From NCBI GenBank assembly GCA_963695995.1, contig CAVOIV010000029.1, forward strand, positions 19-64,018: 64,000 bases of DNA, read 5' to 3'. Within the stretch, counting starts at the first letter, position 1, and each line of letters begins with the position of its first letter. Source of the DNA: an uncultured Methylomirabilota bacterium. GTDB lineage: Bacteria; Methylomirabilota; Methylomirabilia; Methylomirabilales; 2-02-FULL-66-22. Below the pieces are notes generated by a model that did not search any database, was not told the origin of the DNA, and saw only the letters and a list, made by a program, of their open reading frames with translations. Positions 51,349 through 62,094 of this stretch are shown in pieces. The position numbers and the translations under genes are program-made.

Positions 51349-53255
51349 CTAGATGATCTGGCTGTGGTAGCTGGCCTGAACGTCCTCGCACCAGTTCCCC
51401 ACGTTCCAGACGCCGTAGGCGCCGAGGCCGCCCAGCGGATCGGGTCCGTAGTAGACCGGCACGTGCACCAGCGAGAGCCCCTCGTGCCGGGACGCCTCCG
51501 TCAGGGCGACCCACAGCGCGTCCGGGGTGTCGCCGCCCGAGAGCGCCTTCACCCCGGGCACCGCCGAGGCCAGGCGGACGTAATCCACCGGCACCGCGTC
51601 ATGCGTCCGGAACGCCTCGCCGTACTGCGCCTCCTGCAAGCCCGAGATGGCCGCCATCCGACGATTGTCCAGCAGGAGGATCGTCCCGCGGGCGCCGTGC
51701 AGGACGCCGTCCACCAGGACCTGCGGATTCATGAAGAACGACCCGTCCCCGCTGAAGGCGATCCCGTACTGCGGCCGGTCCGCCACGCCCGACGCGAGGA
51801 GTGCGCTCACCGCAAACCCCATGTGCGAGGCCCCTGTCTCCGTGATCGTCTGGTTCGGCTCGTCGTCCTCCGCCACCTGGAATCCGACCGCCTGCACATC
51901 GCCGGCGTCGAAGAACTTCACGGCGCGAATGCTGTTGGCGAAGTCGCAGGCGATCTTGATCGCTGCGGGCTGCGTCAGGACGGGCCGCCCCCACATCGGC
52001 GTCGCGCAGGACCGGGTGGGCGTAGCGCTCGGCCTTGAGGGCTTGCCATTCCCGCTTCTTCGCCGCCGTGGCGTCGAGCCAGGCCTCGGCCCGTCCCAGG
52101 TCGACCCCGCCCTGCTTCTGGAGCGCCTCCCGGAGCTGACCGATCACGACCCCGATATCCCCCGCCAGGGCCACGGTCCGGTTGTAGTGGGTGACGTCGC
52201 CGAGGTCCGCGTTGATGTTGATCACGGCGGACGCCGACGCGTAGCCCGTCCCCGAGCAATCCGCCTGACACACCCCCCGCGACCCGATGACGATCAGGAG
52301 GTCGGCGTGGCTGGTCGCATAGTTGCCGGAGAGCGACCCCTTGCTCCCCATCACGCCCATGTTCCGCGGGTGCTCGTCGGGCAGCACCCCGAGCGCGCCG
52401 GGCGACAGCACGGCGACGCGCACCGATCGCCTCGACGAGGGCCCGCACCTGCCGGGCAAAGGCGCGGGCGCCACCGCCCACCTTGACGACGATCCGGCGA
52501 TGCGTCTGGATGAGCCCGAGCGCTGCGGCCACGATCGCCGGATCCCCGACCGCCATGGGTGGCGGCGCGAGCGGCCCGGGAAGCGCCTCCAGGTTCAGGC
52601 GCGCGATCCGCGCCGGCTGGGTATTGAGCGGCAGGAGCAGAAAGAACGGACCGGCCCGGAACGAGCGGTGGACGGCCAGGCTCCCGCGGCGCAGCGCCGC
52701 GCGCAGGGCCTCGGGCGTGTGCAGGACGTAGGACTCGCCCATCAGGGCCGTGAGCTGGCCGAAGAGGCCCTGCGCGTGCTTGGGGATGGCCTGCATGTTC
52801 GGCCCCTCCCCGTGGGTCGTCTCGTCCCCGTAGATGTGGTAGACGCCGATCCCGTTGGACGCGGCGGCGAGCGAGCCCGCAAAGGCATGCAGCGCCCCCG
52901 GCCCGATGGAGGTCACCACCGCGGCCGTCTCGCCGTAGTGCCACTTCAGCGCGGTGGCCGCGTGGGCCATGGCGGTCTCGTGGCGGAAGTTGTAGGTCCG
53001 CGTGAGGCCGGCGGCCTCATAGACCCGGAGCACCTCCGCGAGATCCGTGGAGCCGTGCCCGAAGACCGCCAGGTACTTCCGCACGCCTTGCTTCAGGAGG
53101 CCCAGGACCAGACCTTCCGCCAGCGTCGTGTCGATCGGATTGGGGAGCGTGCCGCCCGCCAGCGCCGCCTCGAGGCCGCCCGCCTCCGCGATCGTCTGCG
53201 CCCGCCGCTCCATGGCGATCAGCCGCGCGACGTGCTGCTTCGGAATCTGCCCCAT
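51349..53255 (-). CDS. Thiamine-pyrophosphate-dependent enzyme (acetolactate synthase / IolD-like), 2 frame breaks near 52440 and 52005
   Basis: FGHGSTDL...FRHETAMAHAA at the N-terminus, a middle domain, and the TPP motif GDGSFFMN...LLLDN. The protein runs through three successive phases. Confidence 0.8.
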
Positions 53256-53487
53256 AGTTGCGACCTCCCTCACGTCCCTACCCCGATGCGGTTGCCGGCT
53301 CGGAGAGCGTAGTCTACACTGACCCGCCAAGGTGGACGCAAGCGCTTTCTGTCGGCCCGCCGCGACCGGCCCGGTGTGCGTACCAGGGCGCCCCGGGTCG
53401 CCGCGAGACCGAATGCGTGCGGGGGGCTGGCACGCCTTCCGCCGCCCCCCGCAGATCGGTGGCTCCCGTGAATCCCCGGCCGCGCTC

Positions 53488-54784
53488 TCAGTGTGCCTTC
53501 CCGGCAGCCGTGTAGGCCTGATCCAGGATCTGGCTCACGTGGCGCACCTGGACGGGCAGGCCCTTGCGGCGCGCGCCGTAGCTCAGATGCATCATGCAGG
53601 CCGGGCATTCGGTGGCCAGGATGGCCGCGCCGGTCTTCTCCACATTGCCCATCTTCCGATCCAGGACCCCCGTGGCCTCTTCGTGGTGGAGGAAGGTGTA
53701 GCTCCCCGCCGCGCCGCAGCACCAGTCGGCCTCCGGCAGCTCCTTGTACGTCATGCCCGGCACGGACTTCAGGAGCTTTCGCGGTTGCGCGGTGATCTTG
53801 GCGAATCGGTTGGATAGGTGGCACGGGTCGTGGTAGGTGACCGTCCCCGAGAGCGTCCCGAGGCTCCCGTTCGCCCCGACCCCCACCAGGAACTCGCTGA
53901 AGCTCTGGATCTTCTTGGACAGGGCCGCGGCCTTCTCGGCATGGACCGGGTCGCCCTTGAGCAGATCGCCGTAGTCCTTCAGGTGCGCGCTGCAGCTCCC
54001 GCACTCCGAGACGATGGCGTCCAGTTCCATGGCCGGCGCCAGGCGATCCACGTTCTTCCGGGCGATGTCGCGGGCGGCGTCGAGATCGCCGTAGGAGTGC
54101 GCCGGCCGGCCGCAGCAGGTGTTGTTCGAGGACGGTGACGCGCAGCCGTTCCTGCGCCAGGACGCGCAGCGTGGCCTCGACCACCTCGGGAAACTGGAAG
54201 CTGAGCCCGCAGGAGACGAAGTAGCCGATCCGGTGCTTCACCGTGGCGGGCGCCGGCACCTGCGCGCGCTCCCCGCGCAGGAACGGCTTCGCGATGGACG
54301 GGGGCGCCACCTGGTTGGCCGACCGCCAAGTCGCTTGTCCACGAGGCCCAGGAGGCCGGTCTTCTCCGCCAGCGTCGGCCAGCCCGTGGCGTTTCGCCCA
54401 GAGCGCCATTCGGCCGCCCAACTCGATCTTCTTGCTGTCCGACAGGATCGTCCGGAACAGGATGCGCTGCCACACCGGCTGTCCGTGGCGGGTGATGTAG
54501 GCGTGCCGGATCGCGGTCACGACCTCGTCGGTCTTGAGCGCCGGGAAGCAGTGCGCCGTGCAGCCCCGACAGAGCAGGCAGTCCTCCAGCGCGTGTACCA
54601 CCTCAGGCGTGAGCTCGAGGTTGCCCAGCATCAGGCCGCGGGCGATGGCCATACGGCCGCGGGAGAGGGAGTGCTCCTCGCCCGTCACCCGGAACACCGG
54701 GCAGCCGGCCTGGCAGAATCCGCACCGATTGCACTTCGCGATGGCCTCGTGCAGGGGAAGCAGTTCCGCGATCGCCATGGCCAC
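53488..54784 (-). CDS. glcF: Glycolate oxidase iron-sulfur subunit (GlcF-like), at least 1 frame break near 54120
   Basis: CNRCGFCQAGCP and CLLCRGCTAHCP clusters, then CCG-domain motifs (NTCCGRP, YHDPCHL, WCCGAAG) in ORF 53488..54051. Confidence 0.85.
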
Positions 54785-54802
54785 ACTCCCTGATAGGCTT
54801 AG

Positions 54803-54949
54803 GGTTCCTGTAAACCCGATTCCCCAGGCTGCTCAAAAAGGCTCAGATGCAAGGCGGCATGCCGTAGACCGAGCGAGGCGTACTGGAGGTACGCCGCAGC
54901 GAGTGGCGAGGCGGGCCAACGCCGCAGATGGGCCGTTTTCAGCGAACTG
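54803..54949. repeat. Imperfect-palindrome intergenic repeat (MITE/ERIC-like), copy 3, flanked by TTAG/CTAG
   Basis: The core at 54825-54949 is near-identical to copy 1. It abuts the glcE TAG stop (54950-54952). Confidence 0.85.
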
Positions 54950-56315
54950 CTAGAGCCCGCCGAGGAATCGTCCCGGGTTGCAAAGTCCCCGAGGATCGAA
55001 TTCCGTCTTGAGTCGCCGCATCACGCCGAAACCGTCGCCCGGCTTTCCCCACGCGTCCATGCGCGCCTTGAGAGAGGCGGGGGCGTCCTGCAGGATCAGG
55101 CTCCCCTCCACCGCCTCCGCCTCGCGCCGCAAGCCTTCCAGCGCATCGGCCAGTACCTCGTCCGGCGGCGCCTTCGGGCCGAGCAGGTAGCACGCCCAGA
55201 CGACGCCGTTGCCGGCGTGCGCGATCACGGTCGCGTGCATCCCGTGGCGGCGGCCCAGCGCCCCGGCGGACGCCAGCAGCTCGCCGGTCCGTCCGATGGG
55301 GACCGCGATCTTGCAGAGAGCGCGGGTGGCCGGGGGGACCGGAAGAAGGCCGAAGACGTTGCGGATGGCGTCCCAGGCCAGGACCGTCTTCCCGTCCGGG
55401 AGAGGCGTCGCGCGGCCGCCCCGGTCCCGGAAAATCGTGGCGAAATCCCGCGCCTGTCGCTCGACCGTCGCTGCGCTCCCGGCCAACGCCACGGCGAGGC
55501 CGTAGGCGCCGGCGGGCGCCTCCAGACCGAGACGCGGCGCCAGCAGTGCCACCGCTGCGGGATCCAGGAGATCCAAGGCCTCCGGAAGCAGCACCGATTC
55601 CAGTGTCGTCGCCACGACGGCGGTCGCCTGCGAAAGCTCCGGGAACCACCCGACGACGCCGGCCCGCACTGCGGGCACGGGTAAGAGCTTGAAGGTGACC
55701 TCCGTGACGATGCCCAGCGTGCCCAGGCTTCCGATGAACAGCTTGTTCATGTCGTAGCCCGAGACGTTCTTGATGACCTTGCCGCCGCAGTGGATACGCT
55801 CCCCGTCGGGCAGGGCCACCCGCATGCCCAGCACCCAGTCCCGCGCGGTCCCGTAGAGGAGCCGGCGACGGCCCGCTCAGGTTGGTCGCCACCAGGCCGC
55901 CGACGGTGACCTTGCCGTCGGCCGGCGGGTCGAGCGGGAGGATCTCGCTCTTCTGGGCGAGCGTCGCCTGGAGGCCGGCGAGCTTCACGCCCGCCTCGAC
56001 CGTCACGCAGAGGTTGGCGGCGTCGAACTCGACGATCCGGTCGAGTCGGTCGAGCGGCATCGCCACGTCCGCGCGGGCCGGGCGGTTCCCCAGCCCGATG
56101 GCGGTCCCGCCCCCCCAGGGGATGACCGCCGCGTTGGCGGCGGCGCAGGCTGCCAGGACCTTGGACACCTCGTCCTGCGTCCCCGGCCGAACCACGACCC
56201 CCGGCAGCACGCCGTCCACGCCGAGCTTGACCGTGGCGGCGGGACCGACGCCCACGTGCTCGGCGCCGACGATCTTCTCCAGTTGCCCGCGGAGTCCTGC
56301 GAGGTCAGGCTGCAC
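54950..56315 (-). CDS. glcE: Glycolate oxidase FAD-binding subunit (GlcE-like), 1 frame break near 55860
   Basis: FAD_PCMH N-terminus (VVVRPGTQDEVSKVL...IPWGGGTAIG) continues in ORF 54950..55834 (GMRVALPDGERIHCGGKVIKNVSGYDM). Confidence 0.82.
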
Positions 56316-57706
56316 GGCGCACCTCCTCCGGAAGCGGGAACATCTTCCCGGGATTGGCGAGGTTCTTCGGGTCGAAGGCCTGCTTGACTCGCACCTGGCT
56401 GCGGATGTCGGCCTCGGTGAAGACCAGGCGCATGGCGTCGATCTTCTCCAGACCCACGCCGTGCTCCCCGCTGATGGTGCCGCCCATCTCCACGCAGAGC
56501 TGCAGGATCTCCATCCCGGCCTTCATGACTCGGGCCTTCTGGTCCGCGTCCCGCCAGTCGAACAGGATCAGGGGATGCAGATTACCGTCGCCGGCGTGGA
56601 ACACGTTGGGGATCTGGAGATTGTACTTCTGGCCCACCTCGGCCACCTTGCGGAGTACTTTGGGCAAGGCGGTGCGGGGGACCGTGCCGTCGCAGACCAG
56701 GTAGCTCGGCGTGATCCGCGCCACCGCCCCGAAAGCGCCGCGCCGGCCGGCCCAGAGCAAGGCCCGCTCGGCGTCGTCCTTGGCGACCCGGACCTCGCGC
56801 GCGCCGTGCGTCGTGCACAGATCCACGATGGCCTGTGTCTGGGCTTCCAGGTCGTCCGTCGAGCCCGTCCACCTCGATGATGAGCACCGTCGCGCAGTCC
56901 AGGGGCAGACCGCAGTGGATCGACTCTTCCACCGCCTTGATGACCAGCTGGTCCATCATCTCCAGCGTGGCCGGGACCATACCGGCGGCCACGATGGCCG
57001 AGACGGTCTCGCTGCCTTCTTCGATGCCGTCGTAGATCGCCAGCATCGTCTTCACCCCTTCGGCGAGCCGCACGATGCGCACCACCACCTCGGTGCAGAT
57101 CCCGAGCGTGCCCTCGCTGCCCACGAAGACCCCGGTGAGATCGTAGCCCGGCGTGTCGGCAGCCTTGCCGCCGATCGTCGCCACCTCGCCGTCCGGCAGG
57201 ACCACGGTCAGCCCCAGCACGTGGTTGGTGGTCACGCCGTACTTGAAGCAGTGGGGGCCGCCGGAGTTCTCGGCCACGTTGCCGCCCAGGGTGGCCGCCT
57301 TCTGGCTGGCGGGATCGGGAAGGTACTGGTAGCCGAGGGGCGCCAGCGCGGTGCCCAGCTCCAGATTGAAGAGCCCGGGTTGCACCCGGGCCCGCAGATT
57401 GGAGCGGTCCACCTCCAGGATCCGGTTCATCCGGATCATCTCGAGGACGATCCCGCCCTTGAAGGGAATGGTGCCGCCACTGAGGTTCGTTCCCCCGCCG
57501 CGCGGCACGAAGGGGACGTCGTACTTGTTGCAGGCCCGCACGACGCCGGCCACCTCGTCCGTCGAGGCGACGAAGACGACCGCATCCGGCCGCCGCTCCT
57601 CGAGATAGGCATCGTACTGGTAGAGCTGAAGATCGACACCGGAGTCCTTGACGTTCGCCTTGCCCACGATCTGTCGGAGTTCATCCACGAATGGTCTGGG
57701 AACCAT
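56305..57706 (-). CDS. glcD: Glycolate oxidase subunit GlcD (FAD-linked oxidase), 1 frame break near 56850
   Basis: VPFVPRGGGTNLSGG and GGNVAENSGGPHC, then ORF 56305..56826 (NVFHAGDGNLHPLI, SGEHGVGLEK). Confidence 0.88.
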
Positions 57707-58042
57707 CGCTTGCCCTCCTTTGCTCGCGAATCAGGAAAGGCATGACGGAAGTGGTTAAGGGAACGGACAAGTCGGCCCATGGCGCCTCCCGCCGGAACGG
57801 AACAGGCCGCGCGTGGCGCCAGCTTCAACCTGACGCTACGGCTACCTCGGGCTGCCGTCAAGGAGCATCCGGAGAGGTTGTCGGGCAGACCGGACAAGGG
57901 TTCGGCATGCGGTGTCGCGCGGCCCCCGAAGGCGCGGGGCGGCCGACATGACAACCGAGACCTGAAGGAGTATCCTGCTTCGGGGTGTCCGGCCGCGCGC
58001 CGTGCGCGCCGCCGGTCCCTGTCAGGGGGACTCGACGACACC

Positions 58043-59276
58043 ATGCGATTGCCCGCCGGCCTGCGCGCGCTCCACCATCGCGACTTTCGCCTGTTCATCT
58101 CCGGCCAGCTCGTCTCGCTGATCGGGACCTGGATGCAGAGCGTCGCCCAATCCTGGCTGGTCCTGGAATTGACCAACTCTCCATTCAAGCTCGGCCTGAT
58201 CGGCACGCTGCAGTTCGGGCCGATGCTGGGCTTTTCCTTCGTGGCCGGTGCCATCGCCGACCGATTGCCCAAGCGCCGCTTGATCATCGGCACCCAGACC
58301 GCGCTCATGCTCCAGGCGTTTACACTGGCGCTCCTGGCCCGGACGGGCCACGTGCAGTACTGGCACGTGGCCGTCCTGGCCGTGTGCTATGGACTCGCCA
58401 ACACGCTCGACATGCCCACCCGGCAGTCCTTCATCGTGGAGATGGTCGGCAAGGACGACCTCGCCGAGCGCCATCGCCCTCAACTCCGCCATGTTCAACG
58501 GGGCGCGGATGATCGGGCCGGCCGTCGCCGGCCTGCTGGTGGATCGGTTCGGCGTGGCCCCCGCCTTCGGGCTGAACGGGCTGAGCTTCGTGGCCGTGAT
58601 CCTCGCCCTGGCGGCGATGCGGACCGAGGGCTTGCCGCGCGAGCGGGAGGGCACGACCGTCCGGCAGGACATCGCGGCGGGCCTCCGCTACGCCGTCGGG
58701 ACGCCCCTCGTCGCGCTGATCCTGAGCCTGCTCCTGGTCGTCAGTCTCTTCGTGATCAACCACAACGTCCTCGTGCCGCTCTTGGCGCGCGACGTCCTCC
58801 ACGAAGGGGCGCACGGGTTCGGCCTGCTCATGGCCGCCCTGGGAATCGGCGCGGTAGTCGGGGCGCTCGCCCTGGCCATGCTGGGTCGAAGCCGGCCGCC
58901 CCTGCCCCTCCTCATCATCGCCGCGGCCATGGCCTCGGCGCTCACGCTCGGGCTGGCGGTGATCCGCCACTTCCCGTCCGCCGTCGTCCTCCTGGCCCTG
59001 ACCGGCCTCTCCCAGATCGTGTTCATGGCCAGTTGCAACACCACGCTGCAGATGGTGGTCCCGGACAGGCTGCGAGGGCGGATCATGAGCCTGTACGCCT
59101 TCGTGTTTGTCGGTGTGACACCGATCGGCTCGTTTTTCGTGGGGGCGCTGGCGGAGTGGTTCGGGACGCCGATGGCGTACGCGGCGGGCGGCGGCCTGGG
59201 GCTGCTCTCCGTCCTGGCGCTCACCCTCCTGTGGTGGCGCGGCTGGGGACGCGCCGCCTCGCGTCCGGAGGTCTAG
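58043..59276 (+). CDS. MFS transporter (EntS/DUF894-like), 1 frame break near 58470
   Basis: LRALHHRDFRLFISGQLVSLIGTWMQSVAQSWLV...DRLPKRR continues at +1 in ORF 58389..59276 (AIALNSAMFNGARMIGPAVAG...). Confidence 0.82.
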
Positions 59277-59360
59277 AAGCACCTTCGCGAGCGCCTTCCC
59301 GTGTTCGGCCGGGTAACCAGGATCGTCTTCGAGTGGTCGTCGTTCGCACTCGGAAACTCC

Positions 59361-59389
59361 TTGCGGAGGCCCGCTCCATTCCCTATACT
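59361..59389 (+). promoter_or_regulatory. Candidate sigma70-type promoter upstream of dxr
   Basis: TTGCGG, 17 nt, TATACT, about 125 nt upstream of the dxr ATG. Confidence 0.3.
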
Positions 59390-59515
59390 AGGCTTCCACC
59401 CCGAATCCTCTGATCTGCCCGCATTTTTCGTGGTTTTCTCCTGCGAGGCGGGGTTGCCGTGGACTCGGAGGCGAGCCGGGGGAGCGGCTTGCCCGCCCGC
59501 AACGTTCGAGGCGAC

Positions 59516-60665
59516 ATGAAGCGACTGGCGATTCTGGGTTCGACGGGATCCATCGGGACGCACACGCTGGATGTGGTGGCGAGCCATCCGGACCAGTTCG
59601 AGGTCGTGGCGCTGGCGGCCGGCAACAACGTGGACCTGCTGGAGCGGCAGGTCCGCCGGTTCCGCCCCCGGTTTGTCGCGCTGGCCGACGAAACGCGAGC
59701 GCGGGAGCTGGCCCGACGCCTGGACTCCCTGACGACCGAGGTGGGTTGGGGGAGCGACGGGGTGCTGCCAGGCGGCCGCCGACACCGGGGCGGACATGGT
59801 CGTGTCGGCCATCGTGGGCGGGGCCGGCCTGGTGCCGACCATGGCGGCGCTTCGCGCCGGGAAGACGCTGGCGCTGGCCAACAAGGAAACCCTGGTGATG
59901 GCGGGAGCCTTGGTGACCGCCGAGGCCCGGGCCCGCGGGACGCGGATCCTGCCCGTGGACAGCGAGCACTCCGCCATCTTCCAGTGCCTGGACAATGGCG
60001 ACACCGGCTCGGTCCGGCGGATCGTCCTCACGGCCTCCGGCGGGCCGTTCCGGACGCTGCCCCAGAAGGCGTTTGCCGCCATCACGCCCGAGGACGCCCT
60101 GCGGCACCCCACCTGGTCCATGGGGAAGAAGATCACCATCGACTCGGCCACGCTGGTCAACAAGGGGCTGGAGGTGATCGAGGCCCAGTGGCTGTTCGGG
60201 CTGCCGGTGGACCAGGTGGACGTCATCGTGCATCCCCAGAGCGTCGTCCACTCCATGGTGGAATACGTGGACGGCTCGTTCCTGGCCCAGCTCGGGGTGC
60301 CGGACATGCGGCTGCCGATCCAGTACGCCCTGACGTACCCCGAGCGGCGGGTCTGCCCCGCCGCGCGACTGGCCCTGGAAGAGCTGCGCGTGTTGACGTT
60401 CGAGGCGGTGGACCGGGAGAAATTCCCCTGTCTGGACCTGGCGTACGAGGCGGCGCAGGGCGGGCGGCTCGTGGCCGGCGGTCCTGAACGCCGCCAACGA
60501 GGTGGCCGTCCAGTGGTTCCTGGATCGCCGCATCGGCTTCGACGAGATTCCCGCGGTCATCCGGAAGGCCCTGGATGCCCACCCCCATCGCGCCATCTCC
60601 AGCGTGGAGGACGTCCTGGAGGTGGACCGGAAGGTGCGAGAGCGAGACTCGAGCAGCGAGCCTAG
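59516..60665 (+). CDS. dxr: 1-deoxy-D-xylulose-5-phosphate reductoisomerase, at least 2 frame breaks (near 59770 and 60475); 3' end uncertain
   Basis: LAILGSTGSIGTHTLDV, LALANKETLV, DSEHSAIFQC, LTASGGPF and NKGLEVIEA lie in three successive +1 phases. The phase carrying the C-terminal helix stays open past the rseP start, so the stop at 60663-60665 is provisional. Confidence 0.88.
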
Positions 60666-60733
60666 AGCCGCGATGCAGGATCGGCGCTCATCTAGGCTCG
60701 TGGCTCGGCACTGGCTCGAACAGTGGAGTTCGC

Positions 60734-62086
60734 ATGACGATACAGACGATCGTGGCAGCGGTGGTGGTCCTCGGGGCGCTGATCTTCTTCCACGAGCTCG
60801 GCCACTTCCTGGTGGCCAAGCGGGCGAAGGTCGGGGTCCTGAAGTTCTCCCTGGGTTTCGGCCCGAAGCTCGTGGGCGTGAAGCGCGGCGAGACGGAGTA
60901 CCTGCTGTCCGCCCTCCCGCTCGGCGGCTACGTCAAGATGATCGGCGAGGACCCGGGCGACGAGTCGCCCGAGGCGACCGACCCGGCGCGCTCCTTTTCG
61001 AAGAAGAGCGTCGGCACCCGGTCGCTCATCATCCTGGCCGGGCCGCTGGCCAACCTCATCCTCCCCGTCCTGATCTTCTGGGGCATCTTCATGTTCGTCG
61101 GCCAGTCCTACTTCCTGCCGGTGGCGGGCTCGCCGGAGAAGGATTCGCCGGCGGCCAAGGCGGGCCTCACCGTGGGGGACCGAGTCCAGGCGATCGACGG
61201 ACAACCCATCGAGCGGTGGGACGAGGTCGAGACGGCCCTGCGGACGTCGGCGGGCCGGCCGCTGACGCTGACGATTCTTCGCGACGGGCGGACCACGGAT
61301 GTCCAGGTGGAGCCGCGGGTACAGAAGACGCGGGACCTCTTCGGTCAGGACGATCGAGGTGTGGGATCTTGGGCTGCACCCGCTGGTGTCCACCCGGATC
61401 GGGCAGGTCCTGCCGGGCCAGGCGGCGCAGCAGGCCGGCATCCGCAGCGGCGATCGCGTCGTGGCGGTGAACGGCAACCCCGTGGGCGAGTGGGACCAGC
61501 TCGCCAAGATCATCCACGGCAGCCCCGGCACGCCGCTCACGCTCACGCTCGAGCGGGAGGGGCAGCGCCACGAGGTCGAGGTGACCCCGCGGAGCACCAA
61601 GCAGCAGGGGCCCAGCCGGCGAGGAGGAGATCGGCCTGATCGGGATCGGGCCGGCGCCGGAATCCCAGCTTCGCCGCCTGAATCCCGTCTCTGCTGCGTG
61701 GGCGGGCGTGACGAAGACGGTGGATCTCTCGGTCCTGGTCGTGACCGGGCTTCGTGAAGCTGGTCCAGGCGAAGATCTCGCCCAAGACCATCGGCGGGCC
61801 GATCCTCATCGCCCAGATGGCCGGCGAGGTGGCCCAGCGGGGCATCGATGGATCTGCTCTCGTTCACGGCGCTCCTGTCCATCAACCTGGCGATCCTCAA
61901 TCTCCTGCCGATTCCCGATTCTGGACGGCGGGCACCTGCTCTTTTCGCTTGATCGAGTGGCTGCGGGGCAAGCCGGTCAGCCTGCGCAAGCGGGAGATCG
62001 CCCAGCAGGTGGGCATGGTGCTCCTCGTGGGGCTCATGGTCTTCGCGTTCTACAACGACATCTTCCGCTGGCTGGGCCAGCCATGA
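60734..62086 (+). pseudogene. rseP: RseP-type site-2 metalloprotease (M50, PDZ), about 6 frame breaks
   Basis: FFHELGHFLVAKR, LGGYVKM, PDZ segments, LSINLAILNLLPIP, ILDGGHLLF and [11 protein letters not shown] appear in phases that advance by +1 six times. Confidence 0.88.
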
Positions 62087-62094
62087 GTCGGGCC

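Noticed and set aside
59516-62086. Serial +1 shifts as programmed ribosomal frameshifting
   Set aside because: There are no shared slippery or stimulatory motifs at the break points. The breaks occur in dozens of unrelated genes, and some coincide with homopolymer length changes.
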